From Bdellovibrionales bacterium (GTDB taxonomy: Bacteria; Bdellovibrionota; Bdellovibrionia; Bdellovibrionales; UBA1609), in the NCBI GenBank assembly GCA_050246815.1, contig JBFWVI010000046.1, positions 1-24,428 on the forward strand: a DNA stretch of 24,428 nt, in the 5' to 3' direction. This document shows, in pieces, positions 7,718 to 16,990 of this stretch. Numbering within the stretch: position 1 is the first letter of the stretch; every line of letters starts with the position of its first letter. The notes under the pieces were generated by a model. The model ran no database searches. It worked only from the letters and a program-made list of their open reading frames with translations, and was not told the DNA's origin. Both the position numbers and the translations under genes were made by a program.

Positions 7718-8913
7718 CATTGGGGCCTGGACTTAGCCGCACACAGTTGCCGCTGGGATTCACTGCTTCGGGCGTGAACTGCGGCGTTCGCCGCTATCGT
7801 CCTGATTTGGGTATTTTGATTTCGGATCGCCCGGCCGTGGCGGTGGGTGTTTACACACAAAACCAATGCAAGGCCGCGGCAATCACCTATTGCCAAGACC
7901 TTTTGCCGTCAGATCAAGTTCGCGCCATTATCACCAACAGTGGTCAGGCCAACGCCGCCACCGGTAAAGAAGGCGTGACCAATAACTTGAAGATGGCTGA
8001 AGCTGCCGCCAAAGCTTTGCGGTGTGAAGGTGCACAGGTGCTGACGGCTTCAACCGGCGTGATCGGTCAGCAGATGGAGATCGCTAAAATCGTCGAAGCC
8101 ATGCCGCTTTTGATCGAGCGTGAGACCGACAACGCCGAAAGTTTTGCTCTTGCGATTTTAACCACCGATTTGATTCCGAAAACAGTGACCACCACGGTGA
8201 AAATGAAAGCCGGTGAAGTGCGTTTGACTGGAATTTGCAAAGGTTCAGGCATGATTCATCCTAATATGGCCACCATGTTGGGCTATATTTTGACCGACGC
8301 CGATGTGCCTTTAAGTTTAGCGCAAGATCTTTTGACTGACGCTGTAAACGAGTCTTTCAACATGATCAGCGTAGACGGCGACACCAGCACCAATGATTGT
8401 TGTTTTTTGATGGCCAATGGCGCTTCGGGCGTGTCGGTCAGTGACCCGACTGATTTGAAAGTGTTTAAACAAACTTTGACTGAAGTGATGAAAGTTCTGG
8501 CTCAGTCTATTGCGCGTGATGGTGAAGGCGCGACAAAATTGGTTGAGGTTGAACTGAAGGGCTCTCCTGACCTGGCTTTGGCTCGGCGGGCGGCCCGCGG
8601 TGTAACTTTAAGCCCTTTGGTGAAAACCGCGATTCATGGCGAAGACCCCAATTGGGGCCGCATCTTGGCACGCTTGGGTGCCGAGCAGGTGCCCCCAGAG
8701 CTGCTTGAGAAAATGACTTTAATCATGCAGGGGCACCTTTTGTTCAAAGCGGGGCAGCCTGTGGCGTTCAAGCGCGATGAGGTCAAGGCAGCGATGCGCA
8801 CCGACACCATCAAAATTGAAATTGATTTGCAATCCGGGCCGCTTCAAGCCACAGCTTGGGGGTGTGACCTTTCAAAAAAATACGTCGACATTAACACGGA
8901 GTATTCGACGTGA
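7714..8913 (+). CDS. argJ: Glutamate N-acetyltransferase / amino-acid acetyltransferase
   Basis: NSGQANAATG, ASTGVIG, KGSGMIHPNMATML (autoprocessing Thr), DGDTSTND, DGEGATK. Confidence 0.96.
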   Translation: MTLGPGLSRTQLPLGFTASGVNCGVRRYRPDLGILISDRPAVAVGVYTQNQCKAAAITYCQDLLPSDQVRAIITNSGQANAATGKEGVTNNLKMAEAAAKALRCEGAQVLTASTGVIGQQMEIAKIVEAMPLLIERETDNAESFALAILTTDLIPKTVTTTVKMKAGEVRLTGICKGSGMIHPNMATMLGYILTDADVPLSLAQDLLTDAVNESFNMISVDGDTSTNDCCFLMANGASGVSVSDPTDLKVFKQTLTEVMKVLAQSIARDGEGATKLVEVELKGSPDLALARRAARGVTLSPLVKTAIHGEDPNWGRILARLGAEQVPPELLEKMTLIMQGHLLFKAGQPVAFKRDEVKAAMRTDTIKIEIDLQSGPLQATAWGCDLSKKYVDINTEYST

Positions 8914-9824
8914 GTGCAAGTCATTCTCCTGTTTTTCAAGGAACCAAAGAAGTCATTGCGACGTTGTCGTACGTACAAAAATTTGCTGGCTCGACCATTG
9001 TGATCAAGCTGGGTGGTGCGGCCTTGCAAGACAGTTCCTTGGTCGACTCAATTTGTGAAGATTTGATTCGTATTCGCGCGGTGGGGGTCTCGGCTGTTCT
9101 GGTCCATGGAGGCGGCAAGGACATTAACGAAGAACTCACCAGACGCGGCATCACTTGGGATTTTTTTGAAGGCCAGCGGGTGACCAGCGATGAGATGATG
9201 GACGTCATCGAAATGGTTCTGTGTGGCCTGGTCAATCGCCGGATTGTGCGGGCGCTGAACGCGGCCGGGGTGAAGGCGGTTGGTTTTTCAGGTAGCGACG
9301 CGGGGACCCTGGTCTGCAAGCCTGCCGATCCGCGTTTGGGCAGAGTGGGAGTCATCGACAAGGTCAATCCGGGGTTGATTCAGTCTGTACTCGCCCTGAA
9401 CCACGACTCCGGCGTGCCCACCATTCCGGTGATTGCGCCGATTGGATTGGGCAAAGACGGACGTTCCTACAACATCAACGCGGATTGGGCGGCAAGCCGG
9501 ATCGCATCAGCCCTTGGTGTGACCAAGATGATGTTCCTGACCGATCAAGATGGAATTTTAGATAAAAACCAGCGTCTGATTCCTGAACTGGATGCCTCAG
9601 AACTCGAACAAGTAATTGAAACCGGAGTGGTGAGTGGCGGCATGCTGGCGAAGGCGCGCACGGTGGTGCATGCGTTACGTCACAAGGTCACCGACGTTCA
9701 TATTTTGAACGCGCGACGTCCACACGGTTTGATTGAAGAGCTCTTCACTGATCGGGGTGTTGGAACGGTTTGTCGGGTTCGCGCCCGCACCCGCACCGCC
9801 CCTTTAGAACTGGAGAAAGTATGA
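8910..9824 (+). CDS. argB: Acetylglutamate kinase
   Basis: VIKLGG, VHGGG, YNINAD, LTDQDGI, GGMLAK. GTG start overlaps the argJ stop. Confidence 0.96.
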   Translation: MSASHSPVFQGTKEVIATLSYVQKFAGSTIVIKLGGAALQDSSLVDSICEDLIRIRAVGVSAVLVHGGGKDINEELTRRGITWDFFEGQRVTSDEMMDVIEMVLCGLVNRRIVRALNAAGVKAVGFSGSDAGTLVCKPADPRLGRVGVIDKVNPGLIQSVLALNHDSGVPTIPVIAPIGLGKDGRSYNINADWAASRIASALGVTKMMFLTDQDGILDKNQRLIPELDASELEQVIETGVVSGGMLAKARTVVHALRHKVTDVHILNARRPHGLIEELFTDRGVGTVCRVRARTRTAPLELEKV

Positions 9825-10747
9825 AATTCAGAGCCAAACATTTTCTAACCGGCGTCGAGCTGGATCATCAAGAACTTGAAGACGTCTTAGAGTTTGCTGA
9901 CCAGCTGAAAATGGAACGCGACAGCGGCAAAACCCGCACGGATCTGCAGCACAAGCAAGTGGCGTTGTTATTTGAAAAACCAAGCCTGCGCACGCGTGTC
10001 AGTTTCACTGTTGCCGTGCAAGAGTTAGCCGGTAACGTAATTGAACTGGTTTCATCCAATCGTAAAAAAGAAGAGCCCGAAGACACCATTCGCGTGTTGG
10101 AAGGCTATGTGCATGCTACGATGGTTCGTACTTTCGAACATGGTGTGTTGGACAAGATGGCTCAATTTTCAAAGGGCGCCTTGATCAACGGTTTGTCGGA
10201 CAGTCATCACCCGTGTCAGGCTTTGGCGGATTTACTGACTTTGAAGCAGGAGTTTAAAAAAATAAAAGGTCTTAAGTTAGCCTACGTCGGCGATGGCAAT
10301 AATGTTTTGCATAGCCTTTTGTTGCTTGCTCCTTTTTTGGGAGTTGAGGTTAGCTATGCTTGTCCCAAAGGTTATGAGCCCAATTCCTTCATTGTGAAAC
10401 AGGCCAAAGTTCGCGCCAAAGAGGGGGGCGGCAAAGTCAGCGGCTTTGTGGATCCGGTAGCCGCTGTTAAAGGCGCTCATGCAATTTACACCGATGTGTG
10501 GACCAGCATGGGGCAAGAGGATGAAGGCGGTGACCGCGATCAGATTTTTGCGGATTATCAAATTAACGAAGATCTTTATAAACACGCCTTAAGTGACGCG
10601 ATCTTGCTTCATTGCATGCCGATGGTGCGTGGCAAAGAGATCACGGATCAAATGGTCGAGCATCCGAAATCCCGTCTTTTTCAACAAAGTGAAAACCGAT
10701 TGCACGCACAAAAGGCGCTTTTGGTCGGTCTTATGGGGAATGCATAA
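9821..10747 (+). CDS. argF: Ornithine carbamoyltransferase
   Basis: FEKPSLRTR, HPCQALAD, GDGNNV, DVWTSMG, HCMP, SENRLH. ATG at 9821 after GGAG, overlapping the argB stop. Confidence 0.95.
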   Translation: MKFRAKHFLTGVELDHQELEDVLEFADQLKMERDSGKTRTDLQHKQVALLFEKPSLRTRVSFTVAVQELAGNVIELVSSNRKKEEPEDTIRVLEGYVHATMVRTFEHGVLDKMAQFSKGALINGLSDSHHPCQALADLLTLKQEFKKIKGLKLAYVGDGNNVLHSLLLLAPFLGVEVSYACPKGYEPNSFIVKQAKVRAKEGGGKVSGFVDPVAAVKGAHAIYTDVWTSMGQEDEGGDRDQIFADYQINEDLYKHALSDAILLHCMPMVRGKEITDQMVEHPKSRLFQQSENRLHAQKALLVGLMGNA

Positions 10748-10753
10748 TATTAT

Positions 10754-11218
10754 ATGACCGTAGTTGAAACCAACACTCGCATTTCGGCCCTTCGTAAGCT
10801 CTTAAGCGAAGCCGGACTGAGCACGCAGGATGAGTTACGCGCTGAACTTGAACGTTTGAAATTCAAGGTTACGCAAAGCACGATCTCGCGTGATCTGCGA
10901 CGTTTGGGCGCGGTCAAAGCTTTGGATGCAAATGGGCGCACTGTTTATCGTATGGTCGAAGAGGCAATGCCGCCGACGACTTCGGCGCGATTGGATGAGC
11001 TGGTCACTGAAATTCGCAGCAATGGTTCGATCATCGTGCTGATCACATCACCGGGTTCAGCCTCTTTGGTGGCTCGTCATTTGGATCATTTTCGACCAGG
11101 TGACATTCTGGGTACGATTGCAGGTGACGACACCATTTTTGTGGCGCCACCGTCGCTTAAAAATATCCGAGTCACGATTGAAGAAATTCGCAATTCCTTA
11201 CAGAGCAACAGAATTTAA
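10754..11218 (+). CDS. argR: Arginine repressor
   Basis: TQDEL, VTQSTISRDL and GTIAGDDTIF motifs. Confidence 0.95.
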   Translation: MTVVETNTRISALRKLLSEAGLSTQDELRAELERLKFKVTQSTISRDLRRLGAVKALDANGRTVYRMVEEAMPPTTSARLDELVTEIRSNGSIIVLITSPGSASLVARHLDHFRPGDILGTIAGDDTIFVAPPSLKNIRVTIEEIRNSLQSNRI

Positions 11219-11919
11219 GACTGTTCGTCACCACCGCCACTGGCGCCTTGGTTCATCATAAAGGTGCCGGCGTACATGGGATGATCGTTTTCTAACGCTC
11301 CAGTCGAACTCCAAACGTGCACAGGCATAACCGCTAGCCATTCATCTTGAGTTTCAAAGTGGTGAGGGCACATTTTGTCGAGCACGCACAGCATGCCGGG
11401 TTTAAGTTCGGTGCGGACGGATTTGTCACGCATGCCAACCACACTATGGCCAAAACCGCCCAACACATAGACCACGCGAGCGGTTGAATGAATGTGATGG
11501 GCCTGTTCGCTGGCAAAAGGGGGAATGCGCAAAAGTTGTAAGGTGGGATCACCTGGGCGTTCAGGTGAAAATATTTGTCTAGTCGAGCAGCCGTTGACAT
11601 AGGGTAAATTGGTTCCGTGCACGATGGTGGAAGACTTTTCTTCCGGCGAGTAACCGCGAATTACGGTGGCGATATGAGCACTTTTGAAGCTGGCCGGACC
11701 TCGGTGAAGCCAGGCGGTTTTTTTGTCGTCACTGATCGTATAGGCGCAATCGCCCTTTTCGACTTTCACATTTTGGGGGCCAAAGAAAACTTCGTAGCTG
11801 TACAAGTCGCCTTCAGGGGATTGAAGCACGACTTTTTCGTCGGCCTGGAAGTACTTCACGCCGAATAATTTGTAGAGGTCTTCTCCGACTGCTAATTTTC
11901 GAACATTATTGCTTTTCAT
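11215..11919 (-). CDS. Cupin domain-containing protein
   Basis: HHIHSTARVVYVLGGFG...LKPG...CPHHF cupin pattern; GAGGAG RBS. Confidence 0.8.
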   Translation of the reverse strand: MKSNNVRKLAVGEDLYKLFGVKYFQADEKVVLQSPEGDLYSYEVFFGPQNVKVEKGDCAYTISDDKKTAWLHRGPASFKSAHIATVIRGYSPEEKSSTIVHGTNLPYVNGCSTRQIFSPERPGDPTLQLLRIPPFASEQAHHIHSTARVVYVLGGFGHSVVGMRDKSVRTELKPGMLCVLDKMCPHHFETQDEWLAVMPVHVWSSTGALENDHPMYAGTFMMNQGASGGGDEQS

Positions 11920-12031
11920 GAGATCTCCTCATCTTTAGGCTTATCGGAAAAAAGTCCTCAAAAGATAATAGTTTACGCTCCACAATTCATGCAATTGCAG
12001 TCAGTGTGACTAGACTATCGTCTTGAAGTCT

Positions 12032-13168
12032 TTAGCGGTTGGCCGCGGGGCGAGTTATATCGGCCTGCAGACGTTGGTAGGCCAATTGTTCAAGCTCTTT
12101 GGCAAGCAGCAATTGGCGGGCAAGAAGAGGATAAAATTGTTTCGGCGATATTTCGACCAGAAGACTGTCTAAATCTGTTTTAACGGACGCAGTGCGAATA
12201 CCTCGGCTAGCAAAGAGTGCAATTTCGCCGAAGCAGCTGCCTTGTTCGAGTGTGTTGATCTTGTGTCCTTTTTGCCAGGCCGACACTTGGCCTTGCACAA
12301 CGATAAAAAACGAAGTGCCGGGTGAGCCCTCATTGAAAATCAATTGATCACGAGAGAGCTTGTGAAACTCGCCCAAGAGGGCCAGATCGTCCCAAGCTTC
12401 CAGTGGCAATTTTTGAAACAACGTGGAGTTGGCAAAAGCATGCAGGACCCAAAAGCGACGATACATTTGCGAGGCTTCATTACCCCGGATCATGTTGTCA
12501 ATGTCGGCTTTATGACGAATGCGAATGACTTGAGAGGCACTGGTCGTCACCACGTCTGCTGAGCGGGGCCGGCCCAAAAGAAAACCACCTTCGCCAAACA
12601 CAGCCGGCACAGCCAATTTTGTCAGCAGTCGTCGTGTTTCGCTCGTTTCGTTGCGATAAACAGCGGCCGTTCCTTTGCAAAGCGCAAAAAGGTCGCGCGT
12701 GGTTTGTCCTTGAGTGCAAAGGCGAGTGTTGGCGGGGCAGTCATAGATCTCGGAGTTGGCGGCAAACAGCTCAAGCAGTCGGGGATCAAGGCTATGAAAG
12801 AAGGGGAACTGACTTAAATCGTGAGCCGTCACTTTCTGCGCCGAAAGTTTCAGTTCATCGCGTGGGGCCGAGTTGCTGTGATTGCTTAAGAGTTCTTGCC
12901 ATATGTCGTTCGTGATCAGTTTGTGTTCGAATAAAAGTTGCATCAGATCATGCAGCTCACCAAAGCGAACCAGCAAGCCCTGTGAAAGAAAATCCAAAAC
13001 CAACTGTTCGACAGACTGTCCCAGTTTCAATCGTTCAAGATATTGTTTCTGAAGTGGCGTGATATTGAACTGCCTATGCACCCCATGAGCCATCACAAAA
13101 GACTGGTCGCCATTTTGCCCGATACTCATCTCACCAAACGTCAACTTTTCCCTCTCGGCACGCATCAC
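12032..13168 (-). CDS. Protein with two cyclic-nucleotide-binding domains
   Basis: Two phosphate-binding cassettes, FGEGGFLLGRPRSADV and FGEIALFASRGIRTASV; no C-terminal HTH. Confidence 0.88.
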   Translation of the reverse strand: MMRAEREKLTFGEMSIGQNGDQSFVMAHGVHRQFNITPLQKQYLERLKLGQSVEQLVLDFLSQGLLVRFGELHDLMQLLFEHKLITNDIWQELLSNHSNSAPRDELKLSAQKVTAHDLSQFPFFHSLDPRLLELFAANSEIYDCPANTRLCTQGQTTRDLFALCKGTAAVYRNETSETRRLLTKLAVPAVFGEGGFLLGRPRSADVVTTSASQVIRIRHKADIDNMIRGNEASQMYRRFWVLHAFANSTLFQKLPLEAWDDLALLGEFHKLSRDQLIFNEGSPGTSFFIVVQGQVSAWQKGHKINTLEQGSCFGEIALFASRGIRTASVKTDLDSLLVEISPKQFYPLLARQLLLAKELEQLAYQRLQADITRPAANR

Positions 13169-13269
13169 ACTATTCTCAGACAGCCGCGCTCTGTTGTGAA
13201 TGTCGGGTTAAGTGGTGGGGTTCAAACTGGTTGTTGGTCTGGCATAAATTGATAAGTGTGCGATGGTGC

Positions 13270-14598
13270 CTAGATCTTAAGTGGAAGCCAGATGAAAAAT
13301 TTGCTGCCACTTGCATCGTCGTACGCGTAAGTTAATTTCCCATTCATCTGTTCAATAACTTGCTTGCAGAAAGGCAGGCCAATTCCATGCCCATTTAATT
13401 TCGTAGTAAATCCGGAAGTTTGCGAATTAAATGCATTTATCGCAGACTTGCTCATTCCTGGGCCAAAATCATTAATTTCAATCTGGATGCAGTCTTCAAT
13501 AGTTCTGAGTTGAACTCGCAATTCCTTTCTGTAGGGCCCAGATGTTGCTTCGACAGCGTTGCTGATTAAATTATCAAGAACCCGTTCCAACAAGTTGTAG
13601 TCAATCTGTAGAAAGAAATCGGAGTTATTATGTGATTCGTAATGAAAGCTAATAACATAATCGCGTATTTCAGTTGCTTTGTATGCAACAAATCCTTCAA
13701 CTTTTTTAACTAGAGCAATAAGACTAATAGAATCTAGATTTGAAGAATGATTTTCCTTAAGTATATGAAGGCCCATTTTTTCCAATCTATCTGCAACAAG
13801 ATTTAAATTTTTTGAGTCTTCCGCTGAAATTACCTCCATTCTTCTCGAGAAAAATCTCAGAAAGGTTAAAGGACCTTTGATATCATGTGCGATTTGGCGC
13901 GCAGCTCTATAAGTGGCCATATTTGCGATATACGATTGTCTGTCCTGCTCAAGAAGTTCTAGCTTCTTCCGAATGTCTATGGCGATTGTTAATACTGGGG
14001 AAAACACAAAGTTTAAATTTTTAGAATAATTATTGGACGATCTCTTGATAAGTTCGCGCTCAAGTATTGAAAATAGATGGTCATTGTAGAGGCCAAAAAG
14101 AAAACCAATAAGAGTGACGACTATTGCTATGCCTGCCGCAGCTACTAGTGTAGGGCCCAACATTTGTGAAGTTAAATCTGACCTAAGCTTTTTAATTTCT
14201 TCAGCGGCAAACATAAATTGTACATTTCCCCATATAGGAGAACTTGGTTCGTAGGAATAATTTACCTGTTCTGTATGAACTATATTTTGATCGTCTGTCT
14301 TCTGATTTATGCCGATATATGGGTGATCAAGATTAGGGGATTCGATCTTAAATCCAACTAAAAATCCAGTTTCGCGAAACCCCTCAAGTGTCCGAACTAC
14401 GTCTCGCATGTTCCCACTCAGCAAATCCGATCTAATAGAAGATACAAGGACCTTTCCCATCGAAGAAATTCGTTTTTTGTACAGCGTCTCAGCGTCCCGA
14501 ATTATATTTTGACCACGCTCATATGACAGCCACGCAATACAGCTTGTCCAAATTATTCCAAACAGAATGATGCTCACGGCCAGAAGACGTCTGTTCAC
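13270..14598 (-). CDS. Membrane sensor histidine kinase (2 TM, HisKA + HATPase_c)
   Basis: H-box ARQIAHDIKGPL, N-box DNLISNAVEA, G1 DFGPGM, F FTTK, G2 GHGIGL; two hydrophobic segments flank an extracytoplasmic loop. Confidence 0.92.
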   Translation of the reverse strand: MNRRLLAVSIILFGIIWTSCIAWLSYERGQNIIRDAETLYKKRISSMGKVLVSSIRSDLLSGNMRDVVRTLEGFRETGFLVGFKIESPNLDHPYIGINQKTDDQNIVHTEQVNYSYEPSSPIWGNVQFMFAAEEIKKLRSDLTSQMLGPTLVAAAGIAIVVTLIGFLFGLYNDHLFSILERELIKRSSNNYSKNLNFVFSPVLTIAIDIRKKLELLEQDRQSYIANMATYRAARQIAHDIKGPLTFLRFFSRRMEVISAEDSKNLNLVADRLEKMGLHILKENHSSNLDSISLIALVKKVEGFVAYKATEIRDYVISFHYESHNNSDFFLQIDYNLLERVLDNLISNAVEATSGPYRKELRVQLRTIEDCIQIEINDFGPGMSKSAINAFNSQTSGFTTKLNGHGIGLPFCKQVIEQMNGKLTYAYDDASGSKFFIWLPLKI

Positions 14599-14602
14599 TA
14601 AA

Positions 14603-15496
14603 TTATCCTAAAGGATGAATTCTTTGGTTTGAAATGGGCTGATTAAGTATTTTTTCGATTTCTTGGGTGTCGATTTGCTCTCCGAATGTGATATTTAGAA
14701 CCTCATCACTTTTTGCATGAGATATGAATGCCTCCCAAGCTAAATCTATTGTGCACCTGACTGTTTCTATATCAATTTTGGGACTTTTTATTTCCAGAGG
14801 AAAATCTGAATTTCCCCAAATCCAATTTGCAGTTTCTGCGGTCTGGGGTTGAAAATACAATTCGTAGTGGTCCTGCGGTTCCTTAATCTGGGGCACTTCA
14901 ATAAATAAAGAATCATTTAATTCTTTTCTTAGTAGAAGGATGTGAGCAAGACGGGAAATATTAAACATGAGGGAATCGTAGTGTTCGCTCCATGATTGAC
15001 TAGCTGCGATCGCGATTCCGAAGCCGAAATTTAATTCTTTTGGATTTAGAGGTTTAAAAGCCATAAGGCCGACACAGCACTCTTCGTATAAAGCCAATTG
15101 AGCGTATAAGACATCAAATCCGTGATTGCTAAACTTTTTCTTAATTTCGTGGGGGGCCGCTACCCAGTGTGGTGGTCGCTTTGTGTACCAATGCCTTAAA
15201 AATGCGTCCCTCTCTAGCAGTTCAAATAAAGCTCTACGCGCAGAGTCCTCAGCGGTAAGACCGCTTGCGAACCCACTACTCGATTTAATTGAAGTAAATG
15301 GGGTTGAGGTAATTTTTTTCCTGAAAGCGTATCGCTCTCTCATTTCTTGAAAAGCAATAAAAATTGCCCTCTCTTTTGAAAGCCCACTGCCGCTTCCTCG
15401 AATTTCTCCTAGATCGGAGTTAAAGTATACGTCTGAGTGGTGCAATCCTGATACAATGCGATCTGCAAAGTGTTCTATTCGAATATTACTATTCAT
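14603..15496 (-). CDS. YcaO-like family protein
   Basis: GSG...A...A..E..ER (GSGLSKERAIFIAFQEMRERY), SSGFASG, ALFELLERDAF and C-terminal HPLG, matching YcaO ATP/Mg-binding motifs and Pro-containing tail. Confidence 0.85.
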   Translation of the reverse strand: MNSNIRIEHFADRIVSGLHHSDVYFNSDLGEIRGSGSGLSKERAIFIAFQEMRERYAFRKKITSTPFTSIKSSSGFASGLTAEDSARRALFELLERDAFLRHWYTKRPPHWVAAPHEIKKKFSNHGFDVLYAQLALYEECCVGLMAFKPLNPKELNFGFGIAIAASQSWSEHYDSLMFNISRLAHILLLRKELNDSLFIEVPQIKEPQDHYELYFQPQTAETANWIWGNSDFPLEIKSPKIDIETVRCTIDLAWEAFISHAKSDEVLNITFGEQIDTQEIEKILNQPISNQRIHPLG

Positions 15497-16940
15497 GTGT
15501 ATTTTTTATGGACAATTTATGTAAAGAGAACTCAAAGCCCACGCGTGAAAAATCATCGGCAGAAAGGTCTTTACTTAGGTATATGCTGTAAATCATATGA
15601 AAAAGGGGGGTTACAAGACCAGAGGATATCAATTCTTGGCCAATCGACCTAGTTAGTTCCCCCCGATGATCACCACTTGCGGATTCCAATTTCGAAAGTA
15701 ATTCCAAAAAATGAGGTCTGAACTTTCCAAGGCTAACCAAGGGGCGACTAGAGTTGAAAGTTACTTGCAAATTTTCTGCTAAATCAATGCTGGAGTAATC
15801 GTTATTGTTGATGAGTATGTCGTATTGGTTTGATTTTATTTTTTGAGCGTATTCATCTTGCGTATCGTAAAGCACGAGACGGCATTTAATGCCCTTTGAT
15901 TCGAGGGTGTCCCGCACCATTTTGCCAAACCAATAATTTCTGGGAGCAAGTATATTGATTGGCTGCTTCAACAATGAGTCAGGCTTACTTGAGTTATCAA
16001 TTTTATCCCACAAAGATTTTATTTCTTGAGATGTTAATCTCCCAGGCCCATCGTTTAGGAAAAGGTGTTTAGCGTGAGAAAAGTCAGGATAACTTTTCCT
16101 TTGATCGTAGGCAGACTTATTAATGATGCTGGATAGAAGTAGTCTTTCATCGATATTAAGATTGTTTGGATTAAGTGAGGCAAAGAATGTAAACCCGATG
16201 GGTATAGGATGTTTATGAATCTTGAAATCTGCAAAAATTTTTGATTCTTTTTCCGTTGGCAAATTTCTAACAAAAGCAAAGTCGCAGTGGCCATTCTCGA
16301 GCAGACTAGAGGTTTCTTCGTTGCTTTTGCTGGTTACAATTCGAAATGCCTGAGGGCGAGGCTTAGAAGTTTGAGTATAATGTTTATTTAAATGTAGTTC
16401 TTGGTAATTGGCAGTTTTCAGTATACGGAAAGGCCCACTCGTTCTAGTCAAAACAGCTTCTTCGTTAACAATATTATACGCAGAAAATTCTGGGTGCGAG
16501 GCAGAGTGTAGGAAATTGGGCATTGGCTTGGTGAAATGAAGTTCGATTGTTTTTTCGTCGATGATAATTTTTTCGATAAGATGCATTTCGAAATGAACGG
16601 TTTTCTTGCTCCGTTTTAGCCATTCAAGTGTGTATGCTAAGTCCGTAGCTGTTACTGCTGTTCCATCAGACCATTTCGCATCATCACGAATCCAAAATTT
16701 AACACTTTTAAAATCACTGGAAAACTGCCAGCGTTCAGCAAGATCTCCTACTAGCTGGCCGGACTGATTATAGTTCGTGAGGGAACGAGAACATTGTCGA
16801 ATAGTAATGTAAGACGCTGCAGTTCTTAATGACCGAGGATCAATAGGATCCGGTAGTTGCCCTAGGCATATGTTAAAAACTCTTGGACTTTCGATTGCGT
16901 TACTACTTTTGGTCAAAGACCCTCTTAAGGCTACAAACAT
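15489..16940 (-). CDS. ABC-type peptide substrate-binding protein (OppA/DppA, SBP family 5)
   Basis: GDLAERWQFSSDFKSVKFWIRDDAKWSDGTAVTATDL and TSGPF motifs. The frame stays open upstream to 16994 with a TM anchor. Confidence 0.88.
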   Translation of the reverse strand: MFVALRGSLTKSSNAIESPRVFNICLGQLPDPIDPRSLRTAASYITIRQCSRSLTNYNQSGQLVGDLAERWQFSSDFKSVKFWIRDDAKWSDGTAVTATDLAYTLEWLKRSKKTVHFEMHLIEKIIIDEKTIELHFTKPMPNFLHSASHPEFSAYNIVNEEAVLTRTSGPFRILKTANYQELHLNKHYTQTSKPRPQAFRIVTSKSNEETSSLLENGHCDFAFVRNLPTEKESKIFADFKIHKHPIPIGFTFFASLNPNNLNIDERLLLSSIINKSAYDQRKSYPDFSHAKHLFLNDGPGRLTSQEIKSLWDKIDNSSKPDSLLKQPINILAPRNYWFGKMVRDTLESKGIKCRLVLYDTQDEYAQKIKSNQYDILINNNDYSSIDLAENLQVTFNSSRPLVSLGKFRPHFLELLSKLESASGDHRGELTRSIGQELISSGLVTPLFHMIYSIYLSKDLSADDFSRVGFEFSLHKLSIKNTHE

Positions 16941-16990
16941 GCCAAATAAGCCGGCAAGAAGTATGACTATCTCGATCTTAAAGCGGTTTA

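Noticed and set aside
9821..10747. SLRT motif suggesting acetyl- or succinyl-ornithine transcarbamylase
   Set aside because: DVWTSMG is retained and argJ supplies free ornithine; SLRT also occurs in ordinary OTCases.
10739..10756. Possible ARG box before argR (AATGCATAATATTATATG)
   Set aside because: Only the left half-site matches.
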